A stretch of DNA of 63,774 nt, counting the filler, from Octopus bimaculoides (Eukaryota): the NCBI RefSeq assembly GCF_001194135.2. It is 6 parts of 6 records of this genome, joined end to end, with 100 filler letters (N's around TTAATTAATTAA, not from the genome) between each part and the next. Parts side by side here need not be neighbours in the genome. Positions count along the whole stretch, not along the records: positions 20,278 to 45,428 come from NC_069006.1; positions 45,529 to 49,247 come from NC_069004.1; 4 more parts are not named here. One strand, written 5' to 3'. A program made the position numbers and the translations under genes. Position 1 is the stretch's first letter, and each line of letters opens with the position of its first letter. The notes beneath the pieces are model-generated. The model made no database searches and was not told the DNA's origin. It saw only the letters and a program-made list of their open reading frames with translations. Of the stretch, positions 37,641 through 49,347 are shown one piece after another.

Positions 37641-38434
37641 TTTTTTCCTACACTGTGTTACAAAGGAATAATAAAAAAAAAAAAAAATAATAATAATAAT
37701 CCTTTCTACTATAGGCACAAAGTCGATAATCAACTACAGTGACTCCCACCCCCACCCCACTAAATTTGACTTGTATTAATTATTTTACTGTCTCCAAAAG
37801 AACGAAAAGCAAAGTTGACGTTGGCAAGATTTGAACTCAGAGCATAGAGAATCAGAAGATTCTACCAATCCAACACCGTATTTAATAAAAATATGAAAAT
37901 AATGACACGACCATAACTTTTTTTTAATTATTTGATCAATGTAATGTCTACGCTTACTCTCTTTTCACCTTCGAGATTCAGTGATCTCATTGCTGCTGTT
38001 GTTGTTGGTGATGGTGATGTTGATGGTCGTCGTCGTGGTGATGTTAGTGGTGTGTGTGTGTGTGCTGCTTGCTAACTTGCTATTATGTAGAATGTGTTTG
38101 TACCTGTACAGGTGTGAACGTGGTGTAGACACGGAAACCAGGGAACAGGTAATGGTACTTTGCACACATTCAGAGAATGAGGCAAATAACATAATGACAA
38201 AAGTACTCGACATCAGTCAAGCACCAACGGACGACAAACAACGATCAACAAAGACAGGATAAAACAACGATAATGAGAAAATGGGGGGAAGAGGAGGAAG
38301 ATGGAGGTGACAGCAGAGCTGGAATGGATATATCAGAGAGCATCATTATATCTATGAACACACACACACACACAGATAATACCTATGTACATCCATACAT
38401 ATATATACACATATGTAATATTTATGAGAGGTGT

Positions 38435-39004
38435 AGGCGTAGCTGTATGGTAAGAAGCTTGCTTCCCAACAACATGGTTCTGGGTTCAGTCCCACTGCAT
38501 ATCATCATCTACTATAGCCTCAGGCTGATCAAAGCCTTGTGAGTGGATTTCGTAGATGGAAACTGAAAGAAGCCCATCGTGTATGTGTGTATATATATTA
38601 AATTTAGTAAATGGAGTAAAACGCATTTGTTAACTGAACATATGCGTTTTACTCCATTTACTAAATTTGTATATACTCAAGTACCCAAAATAACAAGGAG
38701 TTTCTACCTCATAAACAGGAGTTACACCACAGTCATTTTGTGATCTTTGCTACCCTGGTATCTATTGACCAATTTATTTTGTCTGAGTTAATTATTAACT
38801 AGGAGAAAATAAATACATATAATAAAATATATATATATATATATATATTTGTGTTTGTCCTTCCACCATCGCTTAACAACTGATGCTGGTGTGTTTATGT
38901 CCCTGTAACTTAGTGGTTTTACATAAGTCCTGGGGTCAATTTGTTCCACTAAAGGGGGTGCTCCAACATGGCCGCAGTCATATGAGTGAAACAAGTAAAA
39001 GAAT
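38435..39004 (+). mobile_element. S2 SINE split by an approximately 250-bp insertion in its central microsatellite
   Basis: Head at 38435-38590, tail at about 38850-39004; the insert begins with a 27-bp perfect hairpin. Confidence 0.75.
38600..38668. repeat. Perfect 27-bp inverted repeat (69-nt hairpin)
   Basis: AAATTTAGTAAATGGAGTAAAACGCAT, 15-nt spacer, ATGCGTTTTACTCCATTTACTAAATTT. Confidence 0.95.
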
Positions 39005-39477
39005 AATGGGCATATGTTGATTAGTGTATTAATGTGTTGAGCAAAGCACTGGCAGGGTTTGGGCTACCTGGTGTCATCCGCAGTTGGTGGGGGGTATATT
39101 TCCGCTGGATTTACTTCAGGAATTCCACAGTATCAGTTGAGATAATAACTAAGTAATCTGAAGATGGATTTGGTATTAGTCTTTATTTTCTACACCCCTA
39201 CTTTCAACCCCATCCTGCTGCTGTAGGGGTTCTCTCACTTGATGAGCAAATAACAACATGACCACTCCAACTGAATATCTTTAGCAAGACAGCACTTTAT
39301 GGATGGATGTTCCTGACATGACCCAAACTGCAAAATGGATGCAACACAACATGATGCATGGAGTCCCACCCATAAGGGACAATAACAGGATGGGTCAAAA
39401 CAATTGTCGTACCAAACAAAGACTAAAACTAAATCCATCTTCTGGTTACTTAATCAATTATTATTAAGTCATTACCA

Positions 39478-39581
39478 TGATCATCATCATCGTTTAACGT
39501 CCGCTTTCCATGCTAGCATGGGTTGGACGATTTGACTGAGGACTGGTGCAACCGGATGGCTACACCAGGCTCCAATCTAAT
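39478..39581 (-). mobile_element. RTE-type 3' tail
   Basis: Identical over 89 bp to 30412-30500. Confidence 0.8.
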
Positions 39582-39644
39582 TTAAACAAACAGCAATGCA
39601 AACACGTAAACAACACAAGAAAAAAAAAAAAGGGTGTTATCTTC

Positions 39645-39650
39645 TTTATT
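39645..39650 (-). terminator. Candidate polyadenylation signal (AATAAA) of COX6A
   Basis: TTTATT on +, about 107 nt downstream of the COX6A stop. Confidence 0.6.
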
Positions 39651-39756
39651 GTACACGTAACTGCAAGGTCACATTGTGACCCGCAGTGAGCTGAACTACA
39701 AAGTAGAACTGATAACTTAAAAAGATACTGGCAACAAAATTAATACCCCCATGAAA

Positions 39757-39837
39757 CTACTCTTCATAACCCTCTGGTAAGGCATTCACTGCTTTGTTAT
39801 GGAAAAGTCCATGGTTACCATCACCCCAAGGGAACGG
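39757..39837 (-). CDS. COX6A: Cytochrome c oxidase subunit 6A, exon 3
   Basis: Acceptor TTTGCTTCTCTTGCAG; [26 protein letters not shown] is the diagnostic COX6A C-terminus ([20 protein letters not shown]). Confidence 0.97.
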   Translation of the reverse strand, partial: PFPWGDGNHGLFHNKAVNALPEGYEE

Positions 39838-39904
39838 CTGCAAGAGAAGCAAATAGTAGACATGTTAAAAAACGAAAATGACTTTAATCAGCTGTTGTCT
39901 AGAG

Positions 39905-40185
39905 CAGGGGTTTTCAAACTGTGGCCTGCAAGGACAAGACAGGGGGTCTGTGGACAGCAAATACTTTTTATGGGCAATTTGATTTTATATATGTTTTTTT
40001 TTAATCAAAATCTTTTAATTGACAATAAACCTATTTGTTAAATACTGTTAAATAAATAAATGTAAAAATATGTTATTTTAAGCAAATATTTATGTATAAA
40101 TTTCATAAGCGTTTATAAGGGGGGTCCCTAAAGTAAAGCCTGAAATATAAAGGGGTCCGCAAGTCAAAAAGTTTGAAAACCCCTG
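39905..40185. mobile_element. hAT (Charlie-like) MITE in COX6A intron 2
   Basis: Perfect 16-bp TIR CAGGGGTTTTCAAACT; 8-bp flanks GTCTAGAG / CTCTAGAG (7 of 8 identical). Confidence 0.9.
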
Positions 40186-40301
40186 CTCTAGAGTGTCAAC
40201 AAACAGCTATTAATTTACAGATGAACAAATTGCAACTCAGTAAATATAAAGAGACATACACCACAGGTAGACAGATAACTAAATTGACAAATGGATAAAA
40301 A

Positions 40302-40512
40302 TTTAACCCTCTACCATTCAGATTACTGTCAAATTTAATACTTATTTATTCACATTGTTTCAAATCAATCTTGTAGCTGTGAGATTTTGATGTGACTTTA
40401 TTTTTAGAATGATATTGTAGGGAATGTGTAAGAGACCAGATCTTGATTGCTTGAGCATAAGACGGGTAGAATATTTGGGCTGAATTTGGCCAGTTTAAAT
40501 GCTAAAAGGTGA
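40302..40512. mobile_element. Dispersed non-autonomous repeat (inverted partner of 24570-24772)
   Basis: Shared blocks on opposite strands; starts TTAACCCT. Confidence 0.55.
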
Positions 40513-41190
40513 AAAACAAAAAGTGTGAGCGAGACAGAGAAAAAGAGGAATAGGGGGGGGGGGACAACTCAAGAATTAATTTTGAAGATAGAATGTAGTT
40601 GGGAGGGAGTCTGATCTTTGGAAATATAAAGTGGTAGGAACCACTACAGATAGGTTTCATGATTCGGTGTTATTTGATCTCATCAACTAAAAATATGAAT
40701 AGCACAACCATAAGCGTTGGCTGTGGCTACCAGAGTTATTACTAGCTAAACAGTGTAAACTCTGTAACATCTCAGATGCCGACAGAAGTTACAGGAATTT
40801 AGTAAATGAACACCGACTGGCATGATAACTTAGAAGTATGTTAGAGAGGGGGGAGAATGTCCAAAGATGCGGTCATTTTAAGACCTGACAACAACAGGTG
40901 GACTTAGCTTTAGTTATGAGGGAGGACTATTTATTTTTCAAGTTATGTTCAAGGAAACCAGCTGGATCTGCCTTCCCCCATGATGTGATCAGCCTGGTGC
41001 TCTTTTGATCAGATGTCCATACAGTCACCCACTTCAGTGTGTTAGCCCCACAACATAGTAGGGTACATCACATAGCCATCTACTTCAATGTGTTAGCCCT
41101 AAAACCTGGTAGGGCACCTCATATAGTCACACATTCGAAAGCATTTAACAACTTACATAAACGACATATTTCAAAGTGAAAACAGTTTAC

Positions 41191-41336
41191 CTTGGAGCGA
41201 ATGTAAAGATGTGAATAGGGTTTAAATTCATGCCTTTCATGATCATGTTCCGAGAAAACGTAGGCATTTGCCCAACAGAGGGCTACACCAGGAAGGGCAA
41301 CAAAGAATGTTAGATTCCGCCAAAGTTTGACTCCCT
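41191..41336 (-). CDS. COX6A: Cytochrome c oxidase subunit 6A, exon 2 (transmembrane helix)
   Basis: Acceptor TTTCACGTTTTGCAG, donor AAG|GTAAAC, phase 1 to 0; EGVKLWRNLTFFVALPGVALCWANAY..EFKPYSHLYIRSK. Confidence 0.97.
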
Positions 41337-41436
41337 CTGCAAAACGTGAAATGAAGAAAAGAAAAGTGAAATCTTTAAATAAATGGAAGAAAATTAATCA
41401 AGACAATTTGGTTATTTATGTAAAACAAGGTGATAC

Positions 41437-41635
41437 CATCATCATTTAATGTCTGTTTTCCATGCTGGCATGGGTTGGACGGTTTGACAGGAACTGGTAA
41501 GGTTAGGTGCCACACCAGGTTTCATAGTCTGGTCTGGTACGATTTCTACAGCTGGATGACACCCCACCCCCACCGCTGTAACACCAACCACTTCACAGCA
41601 TGTACTGGGTGCTTTCCACATGGCACCAGCACTAT
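41437..41635 (-). mobile_element. Diverged RTE-type 3' end
   Basis: CATCATCATTTAATGTCTGTTTTCCATGCTGGCATGGGTTGGACG..TTTCTACAGCTGGATG. Confidence 0.7.
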
Positions 41636-41699
41636 TATGGGGGCATAAACAAACCAACAGCGGTTCTCAAATAGTGGGAGGGGACAAGCACAGACACGT

Positions 41700-41866
41700 G
41701 TATATACACAACAGGCTTCCAGTTCCTGTCTACGAAATTCACTCACAAGGCATTGGTCAACTGAGGATTGTTGTTGCAGATACTTGGCCAGAGTGCTGTG
41801 CAATGGAACTGAACTTGGAACCACATGGCTACTAAGTGGGCTTGTCAACCACAGAGCTATGCCTGT
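41700..41866 (-). mobile_element. Diverged S2 SINE 5' half
   Basis: AAATTCACTCACAAGGCATTGG..ACTGAACTTGGAACCACATGG. Confidence 0.65.
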
Positions 41867-44800
41867 ACATATAGTAAAAGCCTGAAGTATTGCGCAGTAA
41901 ACCCAACCCATGATTGCAGAACAAAAAATTGTTACACACCTACATAAGGCCCCACCAGAATTTGGATTTTAAGCAATAAGGTCACACAGATGAGATGCTG
42001 CATCCATTGCAATGTAGCAACTAATGCTGCAATGCAGATCGAGCTTAATCAATATCTATGATTAGAAAAGGACATTACTGTCATGATGAGGATGGTGATG
42101 GTGTTTGGCAGACACGTTGACACACCCACACAGACATTCATAGAAAGATCAACACATATTTTGGCAGTGCTCCAATATAAAGAAACACAATGGTCTAAAC
42201 CAGCTGAAAGAATATAATTATACACCTATAATGAGAAGTAAATGTTAATCAGTCAAATAATGGTTTCACATTTTGGCACAACGCCAGTAATTTCAGAGGG
42301 AACTCAACAGGGACTTATTTTATCAACCCTGAAAGGATGAAAAGAGAACATAATTCCTTCAATAATATTCAAGTTTGCAATGGCGAAAAATGAAAATCAC
42401 AACCACTTTATTTTTGCAGCTGGCTCACCAGGGAAAAATCTGGAACCTGAGGATGTGGTGGTGGCTGGTAGCACTGAGTATAATTCATCCTTTCAATAGT
42501 TTGGAAGTACGATGGATGTGAGGCATGTTTCAGAGACATGCCCTGAGCTTGAAGGCGAAGAAGAGCACTAAGGTAGTGCTGTAGCTGGGTTTGCAGGTTA
42601 ACCAGATACTCATGAACATACAAGATGGCCACTGCTAGGTCTTTGACCAAAGGTTTGTCATGTCAGGGATTGCCTGGAACTCAACAACACTAAAAGTAAA
42701 CAGTTTTGAAAGATACCTTCCCTTCCTGAGATGCGAAAAGAAGAAATGCACTCGCCCCTCGCCTTATATATCAGGCAACGAAGCAAGAGAAAAATAATGA
42801 AAGATGCTGATCAGATGAGAGGCGGGACGGGCATCGATTAAAAAACAAAAGAATAAACGTACGTTCTATATAAAAGAGTTATGAATATGATCTATATAAA
42901 AGATCAGTTAAGAGTTAAGCCGATTAGACTATAAATAGTATAAATTTAGTTTCAGGCACTTTAAAAAACGAAAACAGAACAAAATAAGAAATATCTATTA
43001 ATATTTTGTACTAGAAGATGCAAACAGGTAAAGTAGAACTGAAAGTGAATATATAAATTTAAATGTTGAAGTGAATCTAACGGATTTTGTGTTATTTTAA
43101 ATGGCTTATAAACACCTTCCACGCTGCAATTGTTTTCGTTCCAGCACACGATCTCAGATCAGGTCACTTGCTATGCAAGTGCATCTCCGTAATTTTTATC
43201 ATTGTTTAGCAGATGCAATAGTGACTCAAAGGCCGTTTCATGCGTTTTCACTCAAACTGGTTTGATGAGTGCCAACGAATACGAAACATTCGCATCTTGA
43301 GTCACTCTGTTGTTTCTACTAAATATTAATTTTTAAAATATATATGTGTCTACACACAATATACAGAGCGATTGTTTTCTGAATTTATCTTTATTTAGTT
43401 GGGATTTTTTTCCTTCCAGAAAACTAACGTTGACAGTACGGAAAGTTTACAGCTCCAATTATAATAAATTTGTAAGAAAACTTCGAAACGAAATATAAAA
43501 CAATCAGATTAGCAATATATATTTAAAAGAAGAGCTGTTCCCACAAATATACAAATACACACACAACAAAACCTACATAGATCTCACAATTCATCTAAGA
43601 GATACACACACAATTGCTTTTGTAAGAAAAAGTAGAGTTGGGTGGGTCGCATATTCTACATGCCCACTATTATATATATATATATATATTTTTTATTATT
43701 ATAGTCAGAGGTGGCCGAGCACGTATGCCCGTAATCTAGGTTTTCAGGCGTTCTTAAAATGAGGTTAACTTAAGATAAATGAAAAGCACCGTTACTGACT
43801 TTTGAAGGTCAATGTTGGTTTATGTGCAAACCCACATGCGGAAATATGATTGCTCGGACAATTGTTTTAGTTTATTATGATTGGGTAACGATGGGAAAAA
43901 GAGTGGGGTTAAAATGTTTGTTGTCAGGTTTTAACAGGATTCAGATATAGTATAAACTGAAGTTACGAAATAACTAGAGAAATGGTATAGAGTGAAAGAG
44001 AGACAAAGTTTAGAGAGGAAATAAACAAGTCATTGTTATAGTCATGGAAAGCTGATAAAAACGATGTGCAAATAAAAAGAAAAAAAGACTGTAAAATGAG
44101 AGATGGGGCCAGCATTTGGATGCTACAAGAGTTTTCGACCTTGGACAGGTGAAAGACAAAATCGGTCATCGACATCTCAGAATATGAACGCAAACGTAAA
44201 GGACGATAGTTTTTGATTTCTTTTAGAGCCACAGGGATCAAAAATGTTGGGGACAGTACAGGGATGAAATGCAAAAACTATTTGTGCTGTAGCTGGGACA
44301 ACATCGAAAGAAAACAAGGAGGGGGGGACGACAATGGAGTTAGCTTCTGTCGCTTCTCCGTCTGAATTTTTATTTAATCGTCTTCTTTCTTCTTCTCTTA
44401 AACCATTAAATTCTCAATTTAATACAATAAAATATAAAATTTCTAAGACATATAGAAGGCTAGAAATAGCAGCCAAATCACCTTGAAATTATGCTGCATC
44501 GTCTTAAATAAAACATAATTTCTACGATAAGCACAGGGCCACAAATGTAAAGGAAAGGGTTAGTCAATCAAATCGATTCCAGTATTTAACTGATATATTT
44601 ACGTTGATCGACCACCGAAAACACAAAAGACAAAGTCAAAATCTCAGTGGAATTTGAACCTAGAAACAAATGGGAGGGCGTAACTAAGTATACAGCAGAA
44701 AGCAACTTAATATATTTTTTGTTTACCAGAGTTGATTATATAATCACACCAGTATATCACTGGTATTTGATTTCAGTGACTTATCAATGTTCTAGAGAAA

Positions 44801-44934
44801 GCTAAAGGGCGAAGTAGAGACGTCGGTTAAGAGATCCCATGCTTAAAAACTTCACAACATAAAAGATACAAGTTAATTTACCGTTTAGAGAGTCGAACGT
44901 TTAACTGGATGATTCTAATGTTGAATAGTCTTAC

Positions 44935-45013
44935 CTCCATGGTCTCCAGAAGTAGCTGAAGGTCCTTGAGCGGAGAACGTCCTTCTCAAGATGTTTCCTA
45001 GACGGGAAGCCAT
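44935..45013 (-). CDS. COX6A: Cytochrome c oxidase subunit 6A, exon 1 (mitochondrial transit peptide)
   Basis: AACATGG start context; MASRLGNILRRTFSAQGPSATSGDHG is Arg/Ser-rich and acid-poor; donor GGAG|GTAAGA, phase 1. Confidence 0.93.
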
Positions 45014-45165
45014 GTTTGTTCTCACCGAAATAACGTTTTGCATAATACAGCAAAGCTAGCATTTATATACCTAACCTCGATTTCGTACCTGCAATCGATT
45101 TCCTGTTTTGTTTTTTTTTCTTAGTTTTATTTGTAATTTTGGCAGAAAGCAGCAAAAATTTTCGA

Positions 45166-45211
<46 letters not shown>

Positions 45212-45240
45212 CGTGCGTGAACAGCGTTATTGTCTTCTTT

Positions 45241-45328
45241 TGCGCGTCGAGAACATTTATTGCGCATCGAAAGCGAAGTGAAATTAATCGGGTTCGAATC
45301 ACCGTTATAGTTAATCGGGTCCGAATCA
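45241..45328. promoter_or_regulatory. CpG-rich candidate COX6A promoter with short direct repeats
   Basis: TGCGC(G/A)TCGA at 45241 and 45261; TTAATCGGGT(T/C)CGAATCA at 45284 and 45311; about 230-315 bp upstream of the ATG. Confidence 0.4.
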
Positions 45329-45528
45329 TGGATCTCGATCGTTACCTTTCTGAATTCAAACTAAGCTTGTAAGCATGTATGATAATTTACACGATAATTA
45401 ATTACTATCATATTAAGGAAATTAGGATNNNNNNNNNNNNNNNNNNNNNNNNNNNNNNNNNNNNNNNNNNNNTTAATTAATTAANNNNNNNNNNNNNNNN
45501 NNNNNNNNNNNNNNNNNNNNNNNNNNNN

Positions 45529-45593
<65 letters not shown>

Positions 45594-45609
45594 ACATACA
45601 CACATAATC

Positions 45610-45675
45610 ACAGGAAAGTATTACCAATGGAAAAGCGTAAACGTTTATGCTTTTTTATTGGTAATACTTTTCTGT
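45610..45675 (+). repeat. 66-nt palindrome; all four mismatches are G-U compatible on the + strand
   Basis: 33-nt arms checked base by base: 29 Watson-Crick and 4 G-T pairs. Confidence 0.9.
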
Positions 45676-45873
45676 ATATACATAAATATAAATGTTTTCC
45701 CAAATAAAGCTGCAATTCATGCATGTTTGAAGCTCTGATGAAGCTATAGGGTGATTCTCAAGCATTCAACTATGAGTGCATCACATCTTATTGCAGAAAC
45801 AGGTGTAAGCTAATGAAGTTCATAACATAATTGCTTATTCCTTTGTCGTTCTAAATTTTCATATATATATATG

Positions 45874-46026
45874 ACAGGCTTCTTTCAGTTTACCAAATCC
45901 ACTCTCAAGGCTTTGGTTGGTCCAGGACTATAGTAGATGACACTTATCCAAGGTGCCACACAGTGGGACTGAACCCAATACCATATGGTTGGGAGGCAAG
46001 TCCCTTACTCACACAGCCACTCTTGT
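45874..46026 (-). mobile_element. S2 SINE 5' half
   Basis: Reverse complement of the S2 head and body. Confidence 0.8.
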
Positions 46027-46923
46027 GCTTATAGCCATTCCAATCACTATAGCTACTCCTACACTTATACATATGTACACACCATAGCCACAGCCAAAGA
46101 TTAAATAAGAGTACCATGTTTGATATAGATATATCTGAGACTTGAGTCAAGCATAAAAAAACTGTACGAAAAGAAAAAACATACATGACCTATTTTATTA
46201 AGATTTTGTTTTCTGTTTTCATACTATAAAAAATATTGGATAGATGGAAAAGGGATTTAACAAAAAAAAGGTTTTTTTTTTATCGATAGTTTTTGCCATC
46301 AATTATTTAAAGTGGTCAGGAAAAAGACAAGTAGAGTCAAGGTGAAATTCATGGTAATACTTTCCATTAGTAAATCTATTGACGATATTTATTTGAATGC
46401 AATAATTGACAGTAAGAAGATGTATGTTCTTTTGTTCTTTGCCAGTCAATGTTAGGTGTACAGATATATGAATTTACTATAAATTAGGTCATTTGAGATG
46501 TTTAATTATAGCAAGTGTTTGTTGAACATTAACTTAGAAGAAGTTGACTTGGAACTTGTGATTGAACTCAGTCTGAGTTATGCTACCTTGAGGGACACAC
46601 ACATATGCACACNNNNNNNNNNNNNNNNNNNNNNNNNNNNNNNNNNNNNNNNNNNNNNNNNNNNNNNNNNNNNNNNNNNNNNNNNNNNNNNNNNNNNNNN
46701 NNNNNNNNNNNNNNNNNNNNNNNNNNNNNNNNNNNNNNNNNNNNNNNNNNNNNNNNNNNNNNNNNNNNNNNNNNNNNNNNNNNNNNNNNNNNNNNNNNNN
46801 NNNNNNNNNNNNNNNNNNNNNNNNNNNNNNNNNNNNNNNNNNNNNNNNNNNNNNNNNNNNNNNNNNNNNNNNNNNNNNNNNNNNNNNNNNNNNNNNNNNN
46901 NNNNNNNNNNNNNNNNNNNNNNN

Positions 46924-46972
<49 letters not shown>

Positions 46973-47500
46973 ATTAGTGATGGATTATGAATCCAGAGAA
47001 AAATACTTTACAAGCTCTCTGTTAGTACACCAAGCTAACAGCTGTTTGGATTAATAAAGAACTCTGTGTATTCTTGTGACATTTTATATTGTAACTTATA
47101 AATCTTATGACCATTCTATATTGGGAATCTGTGGCTGTGCTCCAGTTATACTAGTTTGTACAAAGAGTGATATACAAAACAAGGTATAAATAATGATCAT
47201 TACATATTTTTGTTTTTGCATAAAATCTGACTTACAACTGTTTCTAGTGCTCATTATAGGTTCATTCTGGATAGGTTTACTCAATTGGTCTTTGATCAGT
47301 TGAAAAAAATTGAACAGCCTAAAAAGTTAATGCTACTTTTGTTAGAGTCATTTCAGAAATGACTGATGAAGGTAGCATTCAACTTTTCTCAACTGATAAA
47401 TGGACTGATTGAATAAATCTATCAATAACAAACCTTTCATGACTACTGGAAAATTGTCTGCACTAAAGAAAAATATGTAATGACCATTACTTATACCTTG

Positions 47501-47564
<64 letters not shown>

Positions 47565-47711
47565 NNNNNNNNNNNNNNNNNNNNNNNNNNNNNNNNNNNN
47601 NNNNNNNNNNNNNNNNNNNNNNNNNNNNNNNNNNNNNNNNNNNNNNNNNNNNNNNNNNNNNNNNNNNNNNNNNNNNNNNNNNNNNNNNNNNNNNNNNNNN
47701 NNNNNNNNNNN

Positions 47712-47754
<43 letters not shown>

Positions 47755-48469
47755 AGAGTGGACATGTTATGAAGAAGAAATGTTCAGATATGCAACTTTG
47801 CCTTCACAACCTTATACTAATTCTCACCTCACTTCATATCACTCATATTATTTAGTTATTTATTTATTTATAAAGTTTCGTTTATTTCTATGCTGTATGT
47901 TATATAATAAAGTTAAGCAATCCTAATGTTTCATTCTGTTTTTTTCTCCCTTGGCTTTAATTCTCAAAATTCATCTTGCTCGTATTATGTCTAAAACCTC
48001 ACTAGCTACATTAAGCAAAACCCAGTGAATTTTTGTCTTTCCATTAATTTGTTTGGGTCCTTATTTTATTTTATCTTACTCGTGTTATGTCCAAAACATC
48101 AATTTTTTCTACGCTCTATGTTAAATAGTAGCTTTCACTTTGTTTCAATGTTCTATATGACCTTTATCTAGGGAATGAGGCAGCCATGTTGTTTGGTCAC
48201 TTGAGGTGTGCCTGCCTGACCCACCTTCACCACCTGTACCAGAAGTCTTTCTCCTAATACCCCTATCAGAAATCTATATGGAATGCTCTCTTCCTCACTT
48301 CCACTTCTATCTAGTGGCTATCTCCTGGGGAAAAAATGGCAAGTGTAGAGTGAATAAAATGATAGTGAAGTAAATGCAGGTTAAAATCTATTTGAACATA
48401 TACGATATGTATGGAAAACGTACATGTGAACTTTCTTTTCAGATGCAGAATATTGTCCCCCATCCCTGT

Positions 48470-48612
48470 GTCTTCCTTGGCCACACCTTCCATACCTTTA
48501 GAGTTGGCACACTCAATGTAGACATAATGAAAGGTAGGTCTGGTGAGATTGTTGAGATGTTCAAATGGAAGCGTGTACATGTGTGTTGCATCTCAGAAGT
48601 AAAGTAGAGAGC
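48470..48612 (+). mobile_element. RTE-clade LINE apurinic-endonuclease N-terminal fragment
   Basis: FRVGTLNVDIMKGRSGEIVEMFKWKRVHVCCISEVK matches the RTE endonuclease start (R.GT.NV..M.GR..E....L..R.VD.CC.QE.R). Confidence 0.75.
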
Positions 48613-48629
48613 AAGTGATCAAATGTTAT

Positions 48630-49247
48630 ATTTAATTGAAATTTAATCATCGATGTACTTTCCCTGATTATCTATGACTTCCTTCCATCTATTTACAAGC
48701 TTTTTAATTCCATCAATGTAAAACTCTTTTCGTTTCAAAGCGAAGAACTCTGAAATGTCAGTTTCGACCTCTTCCTGGCTTGCGAAAGTTATGTCCCCCA
48801 AATGATTCTGTAAACTACGAAACAAATGATAGTCTGAAGGAGCAAGGTCGGGAGAATAAGGTAGATGAGAAATCTTTTCCCAACCAAGCTATTAGATCTT
48901 CTGTGATATGATCTTTGCAGTGTGGGGTCGAGCATTATCCTGATGAAACATCACTCCTTTTCGATTCACTAAAGCGGGTCTTTTTTTCTTCAAAGTTTGG
49001 TTCAAACGCTTTAATTGCTGACATTAGACTTAAGTATTGATTGTTGCATTAGGTGATAATAATTCAAAGTGAATTACTCCTTTGCAATCCCACCAGATAG
49101 AGAGAAGAACCTTTTTCCCATGAGGCTCCCTTCTCGGTTGTGGTTGAGCTTTTTTCCCTTTTACCAAGCCACTGTTTACGACGTTTAACATTTCGATAGA
49201 AGATCCATTTCTCGTCACCAGTCACAAGTCTATCCAAAAAGAATGAA
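48630..49247 (-). mobile_element. Mariner transposase C-terminal fragment, cut by the scaffold join
   Basis: EPHGKKVLLSIWWDCKGVIHFELL, FHQDNARPH, DLAPSDYHLFRSLQNHL..F....EV...I.EFF..K..EFY..GI.KLVNRW..VI...GKY. Confidence 0.9.
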
Positions 49248-49347
49248 NNNNNNNNNNNNNNNNNNNNNNNNNNNNNNNNNNNNNNNNNNNNTTAATTAAT
49301 TAANNNNNNNNNNNNNNNNNNNNNNNNNNNNNNNNNNNNNNNNNNNN

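Noticed and set aside
42408-42650. 80-aa - strand ORF inside COX6A intron 1
   Set aside because: Not needed for the COX6A model, no recognisable motif, no good splice sites; possibly a decayed retroelement.
43714-43858. Segment in COX6A intron 1 bounded by CCGAGCA/TGCTCGG, considered as an intronic snoRNA
   Set aside because: No C/D or H/ACA boxes found at the expected positions; a 7-bp inverted repeat can arise by chance.
43963-44274. 103-aa - strand ORF with KEIKNYRPL, resembling the LINE RT NYRPISL motif
   Set aside because: Only one short motif matches; insufficient to call an element.
47769-47855. MKKKCSDMQLCLHNLILILTSLHITHII considered as the mucin signal-peptide exon
   Set aside because: It ends in a stop with no donor site and lies on a different contig from the mucin exon.
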